This document shows, one piece after another, positions 9,618 through 19,900 of a DNA stretch of 56,449 nucleotides. Position numbers and translations under genes: made by a program. The stretch covers positions 1 through 56,449 of the forward strand of contig JBCCXZ010000020.1 of assembly GCA_039190745.1 (NCBI GenBank), read 5' to 3'. This DNA is from Planctomycetota bacterium (GTDB lineage: Bacteria > Planctomycetota > Planctomycetia > Pirellulales > Lacipirellulaceae). Each line of letters starts with the position of its first letter. The stretch's first letter is position 1. The notes beneath the pieces are model-generated. The model had not been told where the DNA came from. It saw only the letters and a list, made by a program, of their open reading frames with translations, and did not search any database.

Positions 9618-9627
9618 GCTATTGGGA

Positions 9628-9804
9628 GCCGTGGCAGAGGGTTTGGGCGTCGGCGTCTTCGGACAGCGGGCCCAGGCAATTACTCCGCCACCCAACCTTA
9701 CTGGCCCGCGGGGCCTCGGATGATCTGTGGCCGATCGGTTCAATTGCCCCTGACCGAGCGACCAAGTCAAAGTGTATTTGGCTCATCCGAGGCCCGCTTT
9801 TTTT
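9628..9804 (+). ncRNA. Candidate structured small RNA of unknown family
   Basis: Follows the sigma54 site. 5' hairpin capped by a cUUCGg tetraloop (9655-9664); perfect 13-bp stem 9711-9723/9783-9795 enclosing two hairpins; T7 tail at 9798-9804. Confidence 0.55.
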
Positions 9805-9836
9805 GCGCGGGCGGTTTTCTTAAGATTGCCACCCGG

Positions 9837-11285
9837 CTAGTTGCCGCGTCTGGGCACTCGTAGTCCCCAAACCGCACCCGGGCCCGACGTGTAATCGTGG
9901 TAAGGCCGGCTGCGGGCCAGCGCCAACTCCCTCATGCCCGGTGCGACGGCCACTTCCCTGAATGTGCCGCCGTGGGCCTGGGCGATCGCCGCGAGCTGTT
10001 GCCGGTGGACTTGTTCCTGGCACCCCATGCCGATGGTGTGGACCACGAAATCGCGTCCCTCGGCCGCGAGAAGGGCGGCGAGCTTCCGTCCTGACGGGGT
10101 CGTCCGGACATCGCCGTCGGAGAGCAGGAACACCACCTCGGGTTTGAGCCGGGCCGCGGCCTCCATCGCGCGGTGGGCCGTGTTGCCGGTGCAGAACTCG
10201 ACGGTCTCGAACCAGACCGAGAGACGCCGTTTGGTCTCTTCATTGGGGCGGGCGAACTTGTCGGTCGAAGCCGGGTAGTACATCGGATAGATATCGTCGC
10301 TGAAGAACAGGACGTAGACCTCGTGCGAGGGGCCGAGTTGGTCGAGCGTATGCATAAGTTCTGCAAGGACGGTTTCCAGCCGGCCACGCTGCATGCTTCC
10401 GGAGTTGTCCAGGAGGAAGACTGCGCGGAGGCCGCCGACCGGTGCGCCGAAGAATCGGGAGCCCCCGTCGCCCCTCCGCCCAGGCCCGCCACGGCTGCTC
10501 CCGCGGCCTCGGTCGGATTCGAGTGCCAAACCGCCATCACCGAACAGGCCGGCCGTTTCCGCGGCAAAGTCGCCAACAGCGGGCGGAACGTCCGCGAGGT
10601 TGTCGGCCCCGAGCGTGCCCGCGAGTGCCAACTGATCGACCTCGACGGCCTCGCTGAAGTCCGCCAAGTCTTCCAAGGCATCTGGGGCGTCGTCTGATTC
10701 AACCTCGTCGAAGTCGATCGCGGGCTGCTCGGTGAAGTCGACTTCAAAGAGTTCTAGCTCTTCGGTGAAGTCTGCAGAAGGTTCGCTGAAAGAGAGGCTG
10801 ATCTCTGGCGGCAGCACGGTCTGGAGGCTGAGCAGGCTGAGCGTCGCGAATAGCGCAGCGTGGATGGTAAAGCTGACCGCCCAAGACCGATCGGGGCGTT
10901 TGTGTCTTTTACGTGGGGCGGATTTGCCGGCGTTCATACGGACCAGCTCGGCCCGTCGCTTCGCGGGTATCTTTCGACGCCGCCGGCCGCTTGGCCTGGT
11001 TGCGACTGCCAGACCTGAGTGAGATTGACCGTTCTCAGGTTGCCCTTCTTCTTCGGTCGAGGCTGGCGCCGGTTGGTTGCTGACTCCCGCTGACCGGTCT
11101 ACGGAGTTCACCGCAGGTTCTGCAGAGGGCTCAATCTTGGGCGGCTGCTCGACGGGGACGCCGTCGACGCGGAGGGCGCCGGCATCGACTTGAAGGCGGA
11201 ACGTCTCGACCTCGCTCGGCGCGGCCGGCGACGGCGTGTCGGACGAGTGGGTTTCGTCGGTCGGAGGCTTCACGCTGTCGGGCAT
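9837..11285 (-). CDS. Membrane-anchored VWA-domain protein
   Basis: TM segment SWAVSFTIHAALFATL, acidic linker, MIDAS motif LLDNSGSM, FLLSDG and VHTIGM. Confidence 0.85.
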   Translation of the reverse strand: MPDSVKPPTDETHSSDTPSPAAPSEVETFRLQVDAGALRVDGVPVEQPPKIEPSAEPAVNSVDRSAGVSNQPAPASTEEEGQPENGQSHSGLAVATRPSGRRRRKIPAKRRAELVRMNAGKSAPRKRHKRPDRSWAVSFTIHAALFATLSLLSLQTVLPPEISLSFSEPSADFTEELELFEVDFTEQPAIDFDEVESDDAPDALEDLADFSEAVEVDQLALAGTLGADNLADVPPAVGDFAAETAGLFGDGGLALESDRGRGSSRGGPGRRGDGGSRFFGAPVGGLRAVFLLDNSGSMQRGRLETVLAELMHTLDQLGPSHEVYVLFFSDDIYPMYYPASTDKFARPNEETKRRLSVWFETVEFCTGNTAHRAMEAAARLKPEVVFLLSDGDVRTTPSGRKLAALLAAEGRDFVVHTIGMGCQEQVHRQQLAAIAQAHGGTFREVAVAPGMRELALARSRPYHDYTSGPGAVWGLRVPRRGN

Positions 11286-11563
11286 GGCGACCACTGAGTA
11301 CCGGTGCTAGCAGCCGGGCCCGATCGTTTCGGTCGGGCGTGCCTTGAGTGTACCGCGCCCGGAAGGCGGGGGGAGCGGGTTCTGGGGGGACGGCGCCAAG
11401 CTGGCTGCGGTTCGGTTACCCCCCGATTGAGACGGATTCTCTGAACCGGGCGCCTGCCCCGTCCGATAGATATTGAGTTGGCGGCGGACGATCCGGGGGG
11501 GTGTCCGCTTCCATTGCGACGGCTTCCGCCGGCGCAGTCCATCTTCCGGCATCGACCCCCCGT

Positions 11564-12673
11564 ATGAATCTTCACCCCAAAGTCCGGCCTCTCTGGCAGC
11601 GGGCCATTATTGTGCCCGCCTTGCTGGCACTGATGGCGTACAAAGCGCTCCGGTTGCCGCGGCGGGTGCTGCCCCGTGCGTTCCGCTCGATCGTGACGCA
11701 TTGGACGTATCCCATGTTCTGGGAGCTCGTCCGGTCGGGCGTTATGCGGGCGTACATCGATCAGCCGTGTACGTTCACGCCGCCCGAGCGGGTCGAGAAC
11801 AAGGCGACGGTCTCGCCCGAGTTCGCTATGAGCCGGGACGACCTAGCCGGGCTCTACGAGAATGGCTACGCGGGGCCGTTCGACGCATTCAGCGCTGAAG
11901 AGATGAAGGGCTTCCGCGACGAGCTGCTCGCGATGGAGAACAAGGAGTCGGCCGTCTACGGGTTCGAGACGCCGCGCGACCGGCACCTGGAGAACCCCCG
12001 GCTCTGGAACTACATGCGGAGCCCGGCGATCACCGACAAGCTGGCCCAGGTGATGGGCCCCGACCTGCTCTGCTGGCGTTCGCAGGTGTTCTACAAGGGG
12101 CCGCACGCGCCGGCGATCCAGTGGCACCAGGCGAGCACGTTTATGGTGGAGGACTACCTCGACCCGGCGATCTTCCCGCCGCGGCTCGACGAGGTCTTCC
12201 AGCTCACGGTCTGGATCGCGGTGGACGACGCTACGACCGAGAACGGCTGCCTGCGTTTCGCCCGCGGCACGCACAGCGAGATCCGCAAAGTGCGTTTTGG
12301 CGGCGAAGAGGGGTTCTACAATGCCAACTACACGCTCGATTTCGACGAGCGGGACGAAGAGGTGGTCGAGGTGCCAGTGCGGTCGGGCCAGTTCCTGATC
12401 TTCACCGAGCGGTGCATCCACGGCTCGGCGGCGAACACGACCGACCGGCACCGACTGGCGTTCAACTTCCGGGCGATCCCGACCAGTGTCCCCGCCTATA
12501 CGAACAAGCGCAAGTACCGTTCGGTGTACAACGGCGGCAAGTACCACCTGGATCACTGGGGCGTGGCGCTCTTGCGAGGGGCCGATGGTTACGGGCTGAG
12601 CCGCACGGTGACGAACGACGCGCTGATGCGGGGCGAAGTCGGCTCTTCGGAGCGGCCGCGGCTGGCGGCCTAG
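11564..12673 (+). CDS. SyrB2/CmaB-like non-heme Fe(II)/2-oxoglutarate halogenase (PhyH superfamily)
   Basis: GPFDAFSAEEM, DRHLE, WRSQVFYKGP, WHQAST (HxA in place of HxD/E) and IHGS...RLAFNFR. Confidence 0.8.
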   Translation: MNLHPKVRPLWQRAIIVPALLALMAYKALRLPRRVLPRAFRSIVTHWTYPMFWELVRSGVMRAYIDQPCTFTPPERVENKATVSPEFAMSRDDLAGLYENGYAGPFDAFSAEEMKGFRDELLAMENKESAVYGFETPRDRHLENPRLWNYMRSPAITDKLAQVMGPDLLCWRSQVFYKGPHAPAIQWHQASTFMVEDYLDPAIFPPRLDEVFQLTVWIAVDDATTENGCLRFARGTHSEIRKVRFGGEEGFYNANYTLDFDERDEEVVEVPVRSGQFLIFTERCIHGSAANTTDRHRLAFNFRAIPTSVPAYTNKRKYRSVYNGGKYHLDHWGVALLRGADGYGLSRTVTNDALMRGEVGSSERPRLAA

Positions 12674-12718
12674 AGTGGCGCGTGCGTGGGGGCGAAAGCT
12701 GAGCGGCGGGGCTTGAGC

Positions 12719-13561
12719 ATGAAACAACTGGCCGGCAGGACGGCACTGGTGACCGGCGCCGCGGGCGGCATCGGCCGGGCGCTCTCCGTGCGCCTTGCCC
12801 GGGAGGGGTGCCGGCTTGTCCTGCTGGACGTCGACCAGGCTAGGCTCGAAGAAACAGCGCACCTCACCCAAAGCGTCGACACCCGCTTGCGTCGCTGCGA
12901 TCTGAGCGACGCCGCCGAGTTGCAAGCGGCGGCACTCTTCGCCCAGGCGCAGTTCGCGGGCGTCGACCTCTTGGTGAACAACGCCGGGGTCGGCTATTTC
13001 GGCAAGACCGAGCAAATGGCGCCGGAGCACTGCGACCGGCTGATCGACGTCAATCTCCGCGCCCCGATGCAGCTCACACGGGCGCTGCTGGCGGGCTTGC
13101 TCGCGCGGGGGGACGCCCACGTGCTGAACGTCGCTAGTTTCTTGGGGCTCGTCGCGCCGCGTCGACTGGCGGCTTACTCTGCGACGAAGTTCGGCCTCGT
13201 GGGCTTCGGCGAGTCGCTCCGGGCCGAGTACGGGCGGGCCGGCCTGGGGGTGACGACGCTCTGCCCGGGCTTCGTCGATACGGGCATGTTCGGGGTTGCT
13301 CCGCACGGGCCGGATCGGGAGGAGGCCCAGCGGCCGCCTGGTTGGATGCTCACCTCGCCCGAGAAAGTGGCCGAGCGGGCCCTGCGTGCGGTGCAGCGGA
13401 ACCAGCGGCTGGTGGTGATGCAGCCCTATGCGAAGGCGCTGTTCTGGGTGAAGCGGCTGGCGCCGTGGGCGTTCGATTTGGCTAACCAGTCGAATCGGCG
13501 GCGGCGGGCGAAGAGCGTCTCGGAGCCCGCGTTCGAGGCCCCTGTGCGGCGGGCGGCTTGA
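12719..13561 (+). CDS. Short-chain dehydrogenase/reductase
   Basis: TGAAGGIG, NNAG, YSATK and CPGFVDT motifs. Confidence 0.93.
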   Translation: MKQLAGRTALVTGAAGGIGRALSVRLAREGCRLVLLDVDQARLEETAHLTQSVDTRLRRCDLSDAAELQAAALFAQAQFAGVDLLVNNAGVGYFGKTEQMAPEHCDRLIDVNLRAPMQLTRALLAGLLARGDAHVLNVASFLGLVAPRRLAAYSATKFGLVGFGESLRAEYGRAGLGVTTLCPGFVDTGMFGVAPHGPDREEAQRPPGWMLTSPEKVAERALRAVQRNQRLVVMQPYAKALFWVKRLAPWAFDLANQSNRRRRAKSVSEPAFEAPVRRAA

Positions 13562-13661
13562 ATCGCTCGGCTTTGTTTGCCTGGGGCGTGTGCGTTTGCC
13601 TGCGCCGCGTGCCGCGCTAGAATAGCGGGCCTGCTCGACACCTATGCGTGAGGCCTCAGGG

Positions 13662-14759
13662 ATGCACCGTTTCTGTTTGCTGGCACTGCCGCTTTCCTTG
13701 CTCGCCGCCCTCGCGTCGACGCGGGCCGAGGCGGTTTCTTTCGACCGCGTGGTCGCCCTGGGCGACAGCCTGTTTGACGACTCGGCGGGGGTCCGCAGCC
13801 CGGTAGCGGCGGAGCACGTTGCCGATGCTTTGAGGGCGCCGCTGACGAACTTGGCGGTGTCGGGCGACAACAGCTCGCAGCTCATCGCGAGCGGCTGGCA
13901 CACCACCGCGGCGGCCAGTTTTGGGGAGGGCGACCTCGCGGCCCTGTGGATCGGCGGAAACGATCTGTTCGACAGCGCCTTAGCGATCACCTTTGGGTTA
14001 TTCGGGGCTGTCGACACGCTGGAGTCGAACGTCGACACGATCCTCGACACGCTGACGGAGGCCGGGATGGAGGTGGTGGTATTCAACCTGCCGGACCTCT
14101 CTGACGTGCCCGTCACGCTCGGTATCCAGAATTTTGGCGTGGCCACGGTTGACTGGAACAACCGCCTCGACGCACTAGCTCAGCAGTACGGGGCGACGGT
14201 GGTCGACGTGTTCTCGCTGTTCGAGGCGATCAACGCCGACCCCACGCAGTTCGACCTCTACGGCAACACCCCGGAGGTGCGGGACTCGCTGCTGCTGGAC
14301 TGCCCGCTGTGCGTGTTCGAGGACCCGATCCACCCGTCGTCGTTCGCCCAGGGGTTCATCGCGAACGAGGCGATCGGCGCGATCAACGCGGCCTACGACC
14401 CGCAGGGGCAGATGCCGCTAGAGGAACTGTCGATCGTCGACATCGCGTTGTTGGCGGATGTCTACGCGGGGGACTTCGATAGCAGCGGCGCCGTGACGGC
14501 GACCGATGTGGTCTTCTGGGAGAACGGCTTCGGCCAAACCGGCGGCACGCACGCAGCGGGCGACGCCGATCTTGATCTCGACACCGACGTCAGCGACCTG
14601 CTGATTTTGCAGCGGCAATTTGGGTTTGGGACGGCCGCGGTTGCGGCGGTGCCGGAGCCCTCTGTGCTGGCCTTAGCCGCGATAACGTCCGTGGTACTTT
14701 GCTTGCACGGCGGCGGACGCGGGCGTCTGGCCTACTTCGGTATTACGCGTCTTTCGTAA
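13662..14759 (+). CDS. Secreted SGNH/GDSL hydrolase with dockerin-like motif and PEP-CTERM tail
   Basis: Signal peptide; LGDSLFD, IGGND and DPIHPS; GDFDSSG/GDADLD repeats; VPEPS. Confidence 0.88.
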   Translation: MHRFCLLALPLSLLAALASTRAEAVSFDRVVALGDSLFDDSAGVRSPVAAEHVADALRAPLTNLAVSGDNSSQLIASGWHTTAAASFGEGDLAALWIGGNDLFDSALAITFGLFGAVDTLESNVDTILDTLTEAGMEVVVFNLPDLSDVPVTLGIQNFGVATVDWNNRLDALAQQYGATVVDVFSLFEAINADPTQFDLYGNTPEVRDSLLLDCPLCVFEDPIHPSSFAQGFIANEAIGAINAAYDPQGQMPLEELSIVDIALLADVYAGDFDSSGAVTATDVVFWENGFGQTGGTHAAGDADLDLDTDVSDLLILQRQFGFGTAAVAAVPEPSVLALAAITSVVLCLHGGGRGRLAYFGITRLS

Positions 14760-15120
14760 CGAAGTGCAAACCTATTCCGAGTGCGAGCACGCCGATACCG
14801 GCGTACTTAAAGAGGGTGCTGGCGGCCTTCGGCGCCTGGTCAGCCGATTCGAACTCTTCCCGTAGCGTATCGGCCTCGGACATCAGGTTGTCGAACTTCT
14901 CCTGGAGTACCACAACACTCTCGCCACCGAGCATGTTCGAGCCTCGCTTCGCGGCCGCGAGCTTTGCTCCGGCCACGTGGGCTTCCTTGCCGAGTTGTCC
15001 AAGACGCTGGGCTTTCTCATCGGTCCAACTTGATGTCGCCGGGAACAACAATGGCCAGAGAACGCTAAGCAGCAGCAGGACTATACCGATGCCGATACCG
15101 GCGGGAGTAACAAACTTCAT
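14743..15120 (-). CDS. Hypothetical membrane protein (two TM helices around a coiled region)
   Basis: Hydrophobic ends; coherent ORF downstream of the DUF1559 gene. Confidence 0.65.
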   Translation of the reverse strand: MKFVTPAGIGIGIVLLLLSVLWPLLFPATSSWTDEKAQRLGQLGKEAHVAGAKLAAAKRGSNMLGGESVVVLQEKFDNLMSEADTLREEFESADQAPKAASTLFKYAGIGVLALGIGLHFVTKDA

Positions 15121-15195
15121 TCGAGTCCTCGGAGGCCCTTAGACGACTAAGGGTGGAGAGTAAAAGAGGCCTGAGTCTTGTTCAGCCCGGAAGAC

Positions 15196-16359
15196 TTAAG
15201 GCTGCTCGTCGACGACCTGCCCGTCGTTGATGCAAATCAGCAAACCCATCACCTGCCAATCGATTTCGTCGCGCAGGAAACGGACGCTGCCGTCTAAGTT
15301 AGAAGCGTTCACGCCGCCAACGTGCAGACTACGAGGCGCGGCTCCCCAGCCGCTGTCTTGCAAACAACGCATGCCCTCGATGTCAGCTTCGGCCGGAGCT
15401 GCAGAATCGCATTCCCACATATCGTCACCATTGCGGATGAGGTTAGACGGGTAGTTGGGAAACAGGGGCGGCGGTTGGCTTGAATTGGCCGAATCGTTGT
15501 AGTCCATCGGGAAGTAACCAGCGGCGGCCACTTCGCCTGCTTCTGGGTCGCCGAACGTGAAGTCGACGCTGTCGTGGTTGTCCATCGACAAGATGCTGGA
15601 GCCTTGCCAAGCAATGGCCCACGCACCACGCTGATCGAGTTCGTTTTCGCGGGTGCGGACTTCGGCGTGCAGAATTGAGTTAGAGGTGCCGTCGGTCACT
15701 TGGCTCAACGATTGTTCTTCGTTAATCAACGCACCCCGAAACACTCGCATGTTCTCGATGTGTTCGGGCCCGACATAAGCTGCGTAGTTCCCTTTGCCGA
15801 AAGACCGACCATTAGACTGTGCATCAGACCGGTAGAACAATCCTTGAGCGGCATCAGAGGGGCACAGGAGCACGGCGGGTTGTGCCTCATGAGGGAAAGC
15901 CAGGGTATTGACGCCACCCCCACTGTTGTCGACTTGGTCCATGATGCTGCGGTCCAAATCGAATTGATCGAAAAGAGCTTGTTGTTCGATTTGCGGGAGG
16001 ATTCGGACGATCCAACTAATCTGTGTGCCCGAGCCGGCATCGATTTCACTTCCCGCGACCACCAATACGCGCTCGACCTTGAGCTGCGCCCTTCCCAGAA
16101 CATCTCTTTGTGCGGTCGTGGCAGGCGGCAACCCGCCAGCTTGGTTTTCGAAGTTAAGTACAGCAAGGGCCAAGTTCTTCACGTTGTTTTGACACTGCAA
16201 CCGCCGGGCCGCTTCCCGAGCGGCTTGGATCGCCGGCAGTAGCAGGGCGACCAGGATGCCGATGATGGCGATGACCACCAGCAACTCGACCAGCGTGAAG
16301 CCTCGGCGCAGGCTACGAGACGGTTGGCTAATAGGAGAGGGTGCAGGGTTGCGTGTCAC
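15196..16359 (-). CDS. DUF1559 prepilin-type N-terminal cleavage/methylation domain protein
   Basis: GFTLVELLVVIAIIGILVALLLPAIQAAREAARR.QC.NN, CPSD, TDGTSN and H-X9-DG (HVGGVNASNLDG). Confidence 0.95.
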   Translation of the reverse strand: MTRNPAPSPISQPSRSLRRGFTLVELLVVIAIIGILVALLLPAIQAAREAARRLQCQNNVKNLALAVLNFENQAGGLPPATTAQRDVLGRAQLKVERVLVVAGSEIDAGSGTQISWIVRILPQIEQQALFDQFDLDRSIMDQVDNSGGGVNTLAFPHEAQPAVLLCPSDAAQGLFYRSDAQSNGRSFGKGNYAAYVGPEHIENMRVFRGALINEEQSLSQVTDGTSNSILHAEVRTRENELDQRGAWAIAWQGSSILSMDNHDSVDFTFGDPEAGEVAAAGYFPMDYNDSANSSQPPPLFPNYPSNLIRNGDDMWECDSAAPAEADIEGMRCLQDSGWGAAPRSLHVGGVNASNLDGSVRFLRDEIDWQVMGLLICINDGQVVDEQP

Positions 16360-16922
16360 GACGAAACTCCCGTGTGTTCGCTGGGCCTGCCGCCTACTGC
16401 AAGGACCAATGAGCGCTGGTGGGGAAGAAGTAAGACCGATACGTGCTTCTCTGTTGCCTGGGCGGTCTGGAGGTAACCCGCAACTGCTGATCGGCTTTCA
16501 CAACCGAACTGCGTTTTCGAGTAGTGGCCGAGCATGACACAGCCCACGGATTCCGTCCAGCGATTCTGAGCACAAAATCGCGCACTGTTTTTTCATTTGC
16601 GCACGCGAAGGTGGGACTACACACAGCGACCCCTCGGCAGGGCTTGGCATCGTCGCTTTAGCGCAGTGGAACCTCTTTCTTGCGGTGCTTGTCGCCAACT
16701 CATGCGCCTGCTCAACCCGGTCTCGCCTTGTCGTCCTGGAGTTGCTGGCGCTGCTGGCCATCGAGAGGCTCCCCCGCTTTGTGCGTCGGTGTGTTCGTTA
16801 TCGTAACCGCGGATTCTGATACCAATTCGGCGGCCGGCGCGCCTAACTTACTTGAGGCATTAATGCTCCGATCTTCTCGCTGCTCTTCCAAGGGACACCA
16901 AGTGCTTTTTAGCTTCCGCTTC

Positions 16923-19900
16923 ATGGATTCTCCCCGTCTGTTCTTCGCCACACGGCTCTTCACTATCCTCCTGTCGATGGCCGCCTACTGCTCGCCCGCG
17001 GTGTTCGCGGTGGAGCCGATCCACGTTGGCTTCCTCTGGCACATGCACCAGCCGGTCTACCGCCCCGGGGAGAACATCCTGCAGACCGACGCCTCTGGGG
17101 CGTACTCGTTCAGCGTGGTCGACGTGCACAACCAGCGTTTTGGGCCCTACAACAGCTGGCCGCGGAACGCGGTGCAGTCTGGGCTGAGCCTGCCTCACCT
17201 GGGGGCGCAGGTTTCTTTCTCGGGGTCGCTGATCCAGAACCTCAACACGCTGGAATCGGCCGGCGTGAACGGCGGCATGTGGAACAACTGGGACGGGCCC
17301 TACCGGGAGGCGGGCGCCTGGGACACCGCGCTGGGCAACCCGCGGCTCGACCTGGTGAATTTTGGGTTCAACCACCCGCTGATGCCGCTCTTGGACACAC
17401 GCGACATCCGTATGCAGGTCCGTTTGCAGAAGCACATTCATGAGCAGACGTGGGGCGCGAACGTGCCGTTCTCCAAGGGCATCTTCCCGCCTGAGACGGC
17501 TTTTAGCACGCGGATTATCCCGGCGCTGGTGGCGGAGGGGATTGAGTGGACGCTGTTCGACAGCATCCACCTCGAGCGGGCTACGCAGGGCTACCCGCAC
17601 ACGCCGGCGTCGAACCTCTACCCGCCGAACCCGGCGGACCAGATCAACCCAGCGATCCCCGCCGAGCAGTGGGTGCAGCTGAACAATCTTTGGGCGCCCA
17701 GCCGGGTGGCGGCGCCGTTCGCCTACCAGCCGCACCACGTGCAGCACGTCGACCCGGAGACGGGGCAGGTGAGCAAGATCGTCGCGGTGCCCGCGGCGCG
17801 GTACGAGGGGAACGAAGACGGCCGGGGCGGCTTCGGCGCGTTGCAGTACGAGCAGGTGATGAGCCAGTACCGGCAGTTCAACACCGACCCCGACCACCCG
17901 ATGTTCGTGGTTTTGCACCACGACGGAGACAACTTCGGCGGCGGCAGCGAGGCGTACTACCACGGCAACTTCCAGAACATGGTCAGCTGGGCTCAAGGCA
18001 CGCCGGACTACGACGTGACGACGGTGCAGGACTACCTGGACCGGTTCCCGCCCGACCTCAACCGGGTGGTGCACATCGAGAACGGTTCGTGGGCCGGCGC
18101 CGACAACGGCGACCCCGAGTTCAAGAAATGGCTGGGCGACCCCGACCCCAACACCGGTTGGAGCCCCGACCGCAACTCGTGGGCGGTGCTCACCGCGGCG
18201 AAGAACCGCGTGTTCACGGCCGATGACATCGCACCCGCGAACAACCTGACCAATATCCTCAACGGCACGGGCACGTCGACCGAGAAGGCGTGGCGGCACC
18301 TGCTCGCGGCGCAGTCGTCGGACTACTGGTACTGGGACGGTACCGAGGTGTGGGACAGCAATGTCACCCGCGGCAGCAACCTGGCGGTGGCGGAGGCCGA
18401 CCTGGTGCTCAACGCTTTCGTCGGCACTGAGACGACCGGGCCCTCGGTGTTCGTGCCGCAGCGCGAGTCGTACAACCCCGGCGGTTTCGAGTGGGACCCC
18501 ACGCCGGAGCCGAGCGACTTCGAGGTGTGGACCTACGCCTATGACGTGAGCGGTCTGGCCGACGTGACGCTGAAGTACCGGGTGGACGCGGACGGGACGA
18601 ACCCGCTCTCTTCGACGCAGAACGAAACCTACGCCGGCGGCGCCGAGGTGGGCTCCTGGGTGAGCGTTCCGATGGCGTCGAGCGACGTGGCCCCGCCGCC
18701 GGGCATCCTGGCCCCGACGTACCGGGCGCCGCGGTTCGGCGGCATGATCACGGGGCTCGAGGACGTGCTGGTCGATTACTACGTCGAGGCGACCGATGCG
18801 CTGGGCAACGTCACCAAGACCGACATCCAGCACGTGTACGTGGGCAACGCGACGGGGGGCGGCGGCCCTGGCGGCGGCGCCACGGTGATGCTCGACCCCG
18901 ACCCGGCGCTGGCCGGTGGGATGACCACGCTGAGCTACGACGCCGCGGGCGGGCCGCTAACGGCGGCGAGTCAGGTGTACGTCCACTACGGGTTCGACGA
19001 TTGGGCTCAGGTGGAGCCCGACCTAGCCTTGAACTGGAACGCCGACGACGAGCTCTGGGACATCACGCTCGACATCCCGACCGACGTCGGGCAGCTCGAC
19101 GTGGTGTTCAACGACGGGGCCGGGGCGTGGGACAACAACGGCGGGGCCGACTGGCACTTCACGGTGGACGGCGGCGAGCCGGGCGTGGAGTTCGTCATGG
19201 ACGGGGTGCTCGACCCCTCGGCGATTGAGGTGGCGACCATCGGCGGCGTGAGCCTGTACGCGGTGCTCGAGGGCGACCGGCTTTACCTCGCCACCGACGA
19301 CGCCGGCGCGGGGGCCGATGTGTTTCTCTACCTGGCCGAGCAACCGGGCGCGCTGGTCGCCGCCAACTGGGGTAAGTCGGGACAGGTGGCCGGCTGGGAC
19401 GCCTTCCTCGCCGACGAGAACAACAACGACTACGAGGACTGGTTCGACGCGGAGGGCTTCGCAGAAGCCGCCACCGGAGCGGACGGCGGCGTGCTTGAGG
19501 GCGTGATCGACCTAGCCGACGAATTCGGCGTCGTGCCCGAAGAGCTGTACTTGGCGATCGCCCACTTCGAGACTGAGGACGGCGGTTCTCTCTTGCCGCT
19601 ACTGCAGCTCCCGACCGGCAACGGCGACGGCAACGTCGACGCGGCGGAGTTTTTCCTGCTGTCGCTCGGTGCAAGCTACGAAGCCGACTTCGACAACGAC
19701 GGCGACGTCGACGCCGACGACATGCAGGCGTGGCGGGACGCCCTCGGCCAGGACGCCGGCGGCGACGCAGACGGCGACCTCGATACCGACCTGGCCGACC
19801 TGCTGATCCTGCAGGCCCAGTACGGAAGCGGGCCCCAGTCGATCTCGGCCAGCCTGCTGGCCGTGCCGGAGCCGGCTTCGCTCGCTCTGCTGCTGACCGC

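Noticed and set aside
9613..9723. 36-codon ORF (MQLLGAVAEGLG...) over the candidate ncRNA
   Set aside because: Its ATG lies inside the -12 box, upstream of the predicted start site, and it has no SD. The RNA structure explains the region better.
11843..14161. 772-aa minus-strand ORF and many other long overlapping ORFs (for example 16860-18833, 34533-35900, 5207-6382)
   Set aside because: Shadow ORFs of high-GC coding regions. They have no motifs and overlap well-supported genes.
16700..16790. VVLELLALLAI reading that resembles a decayed prepilin N-terminus
   Set aside because: Too short and degenerate, with no downstream DUF1559 similarity. Likely chance.
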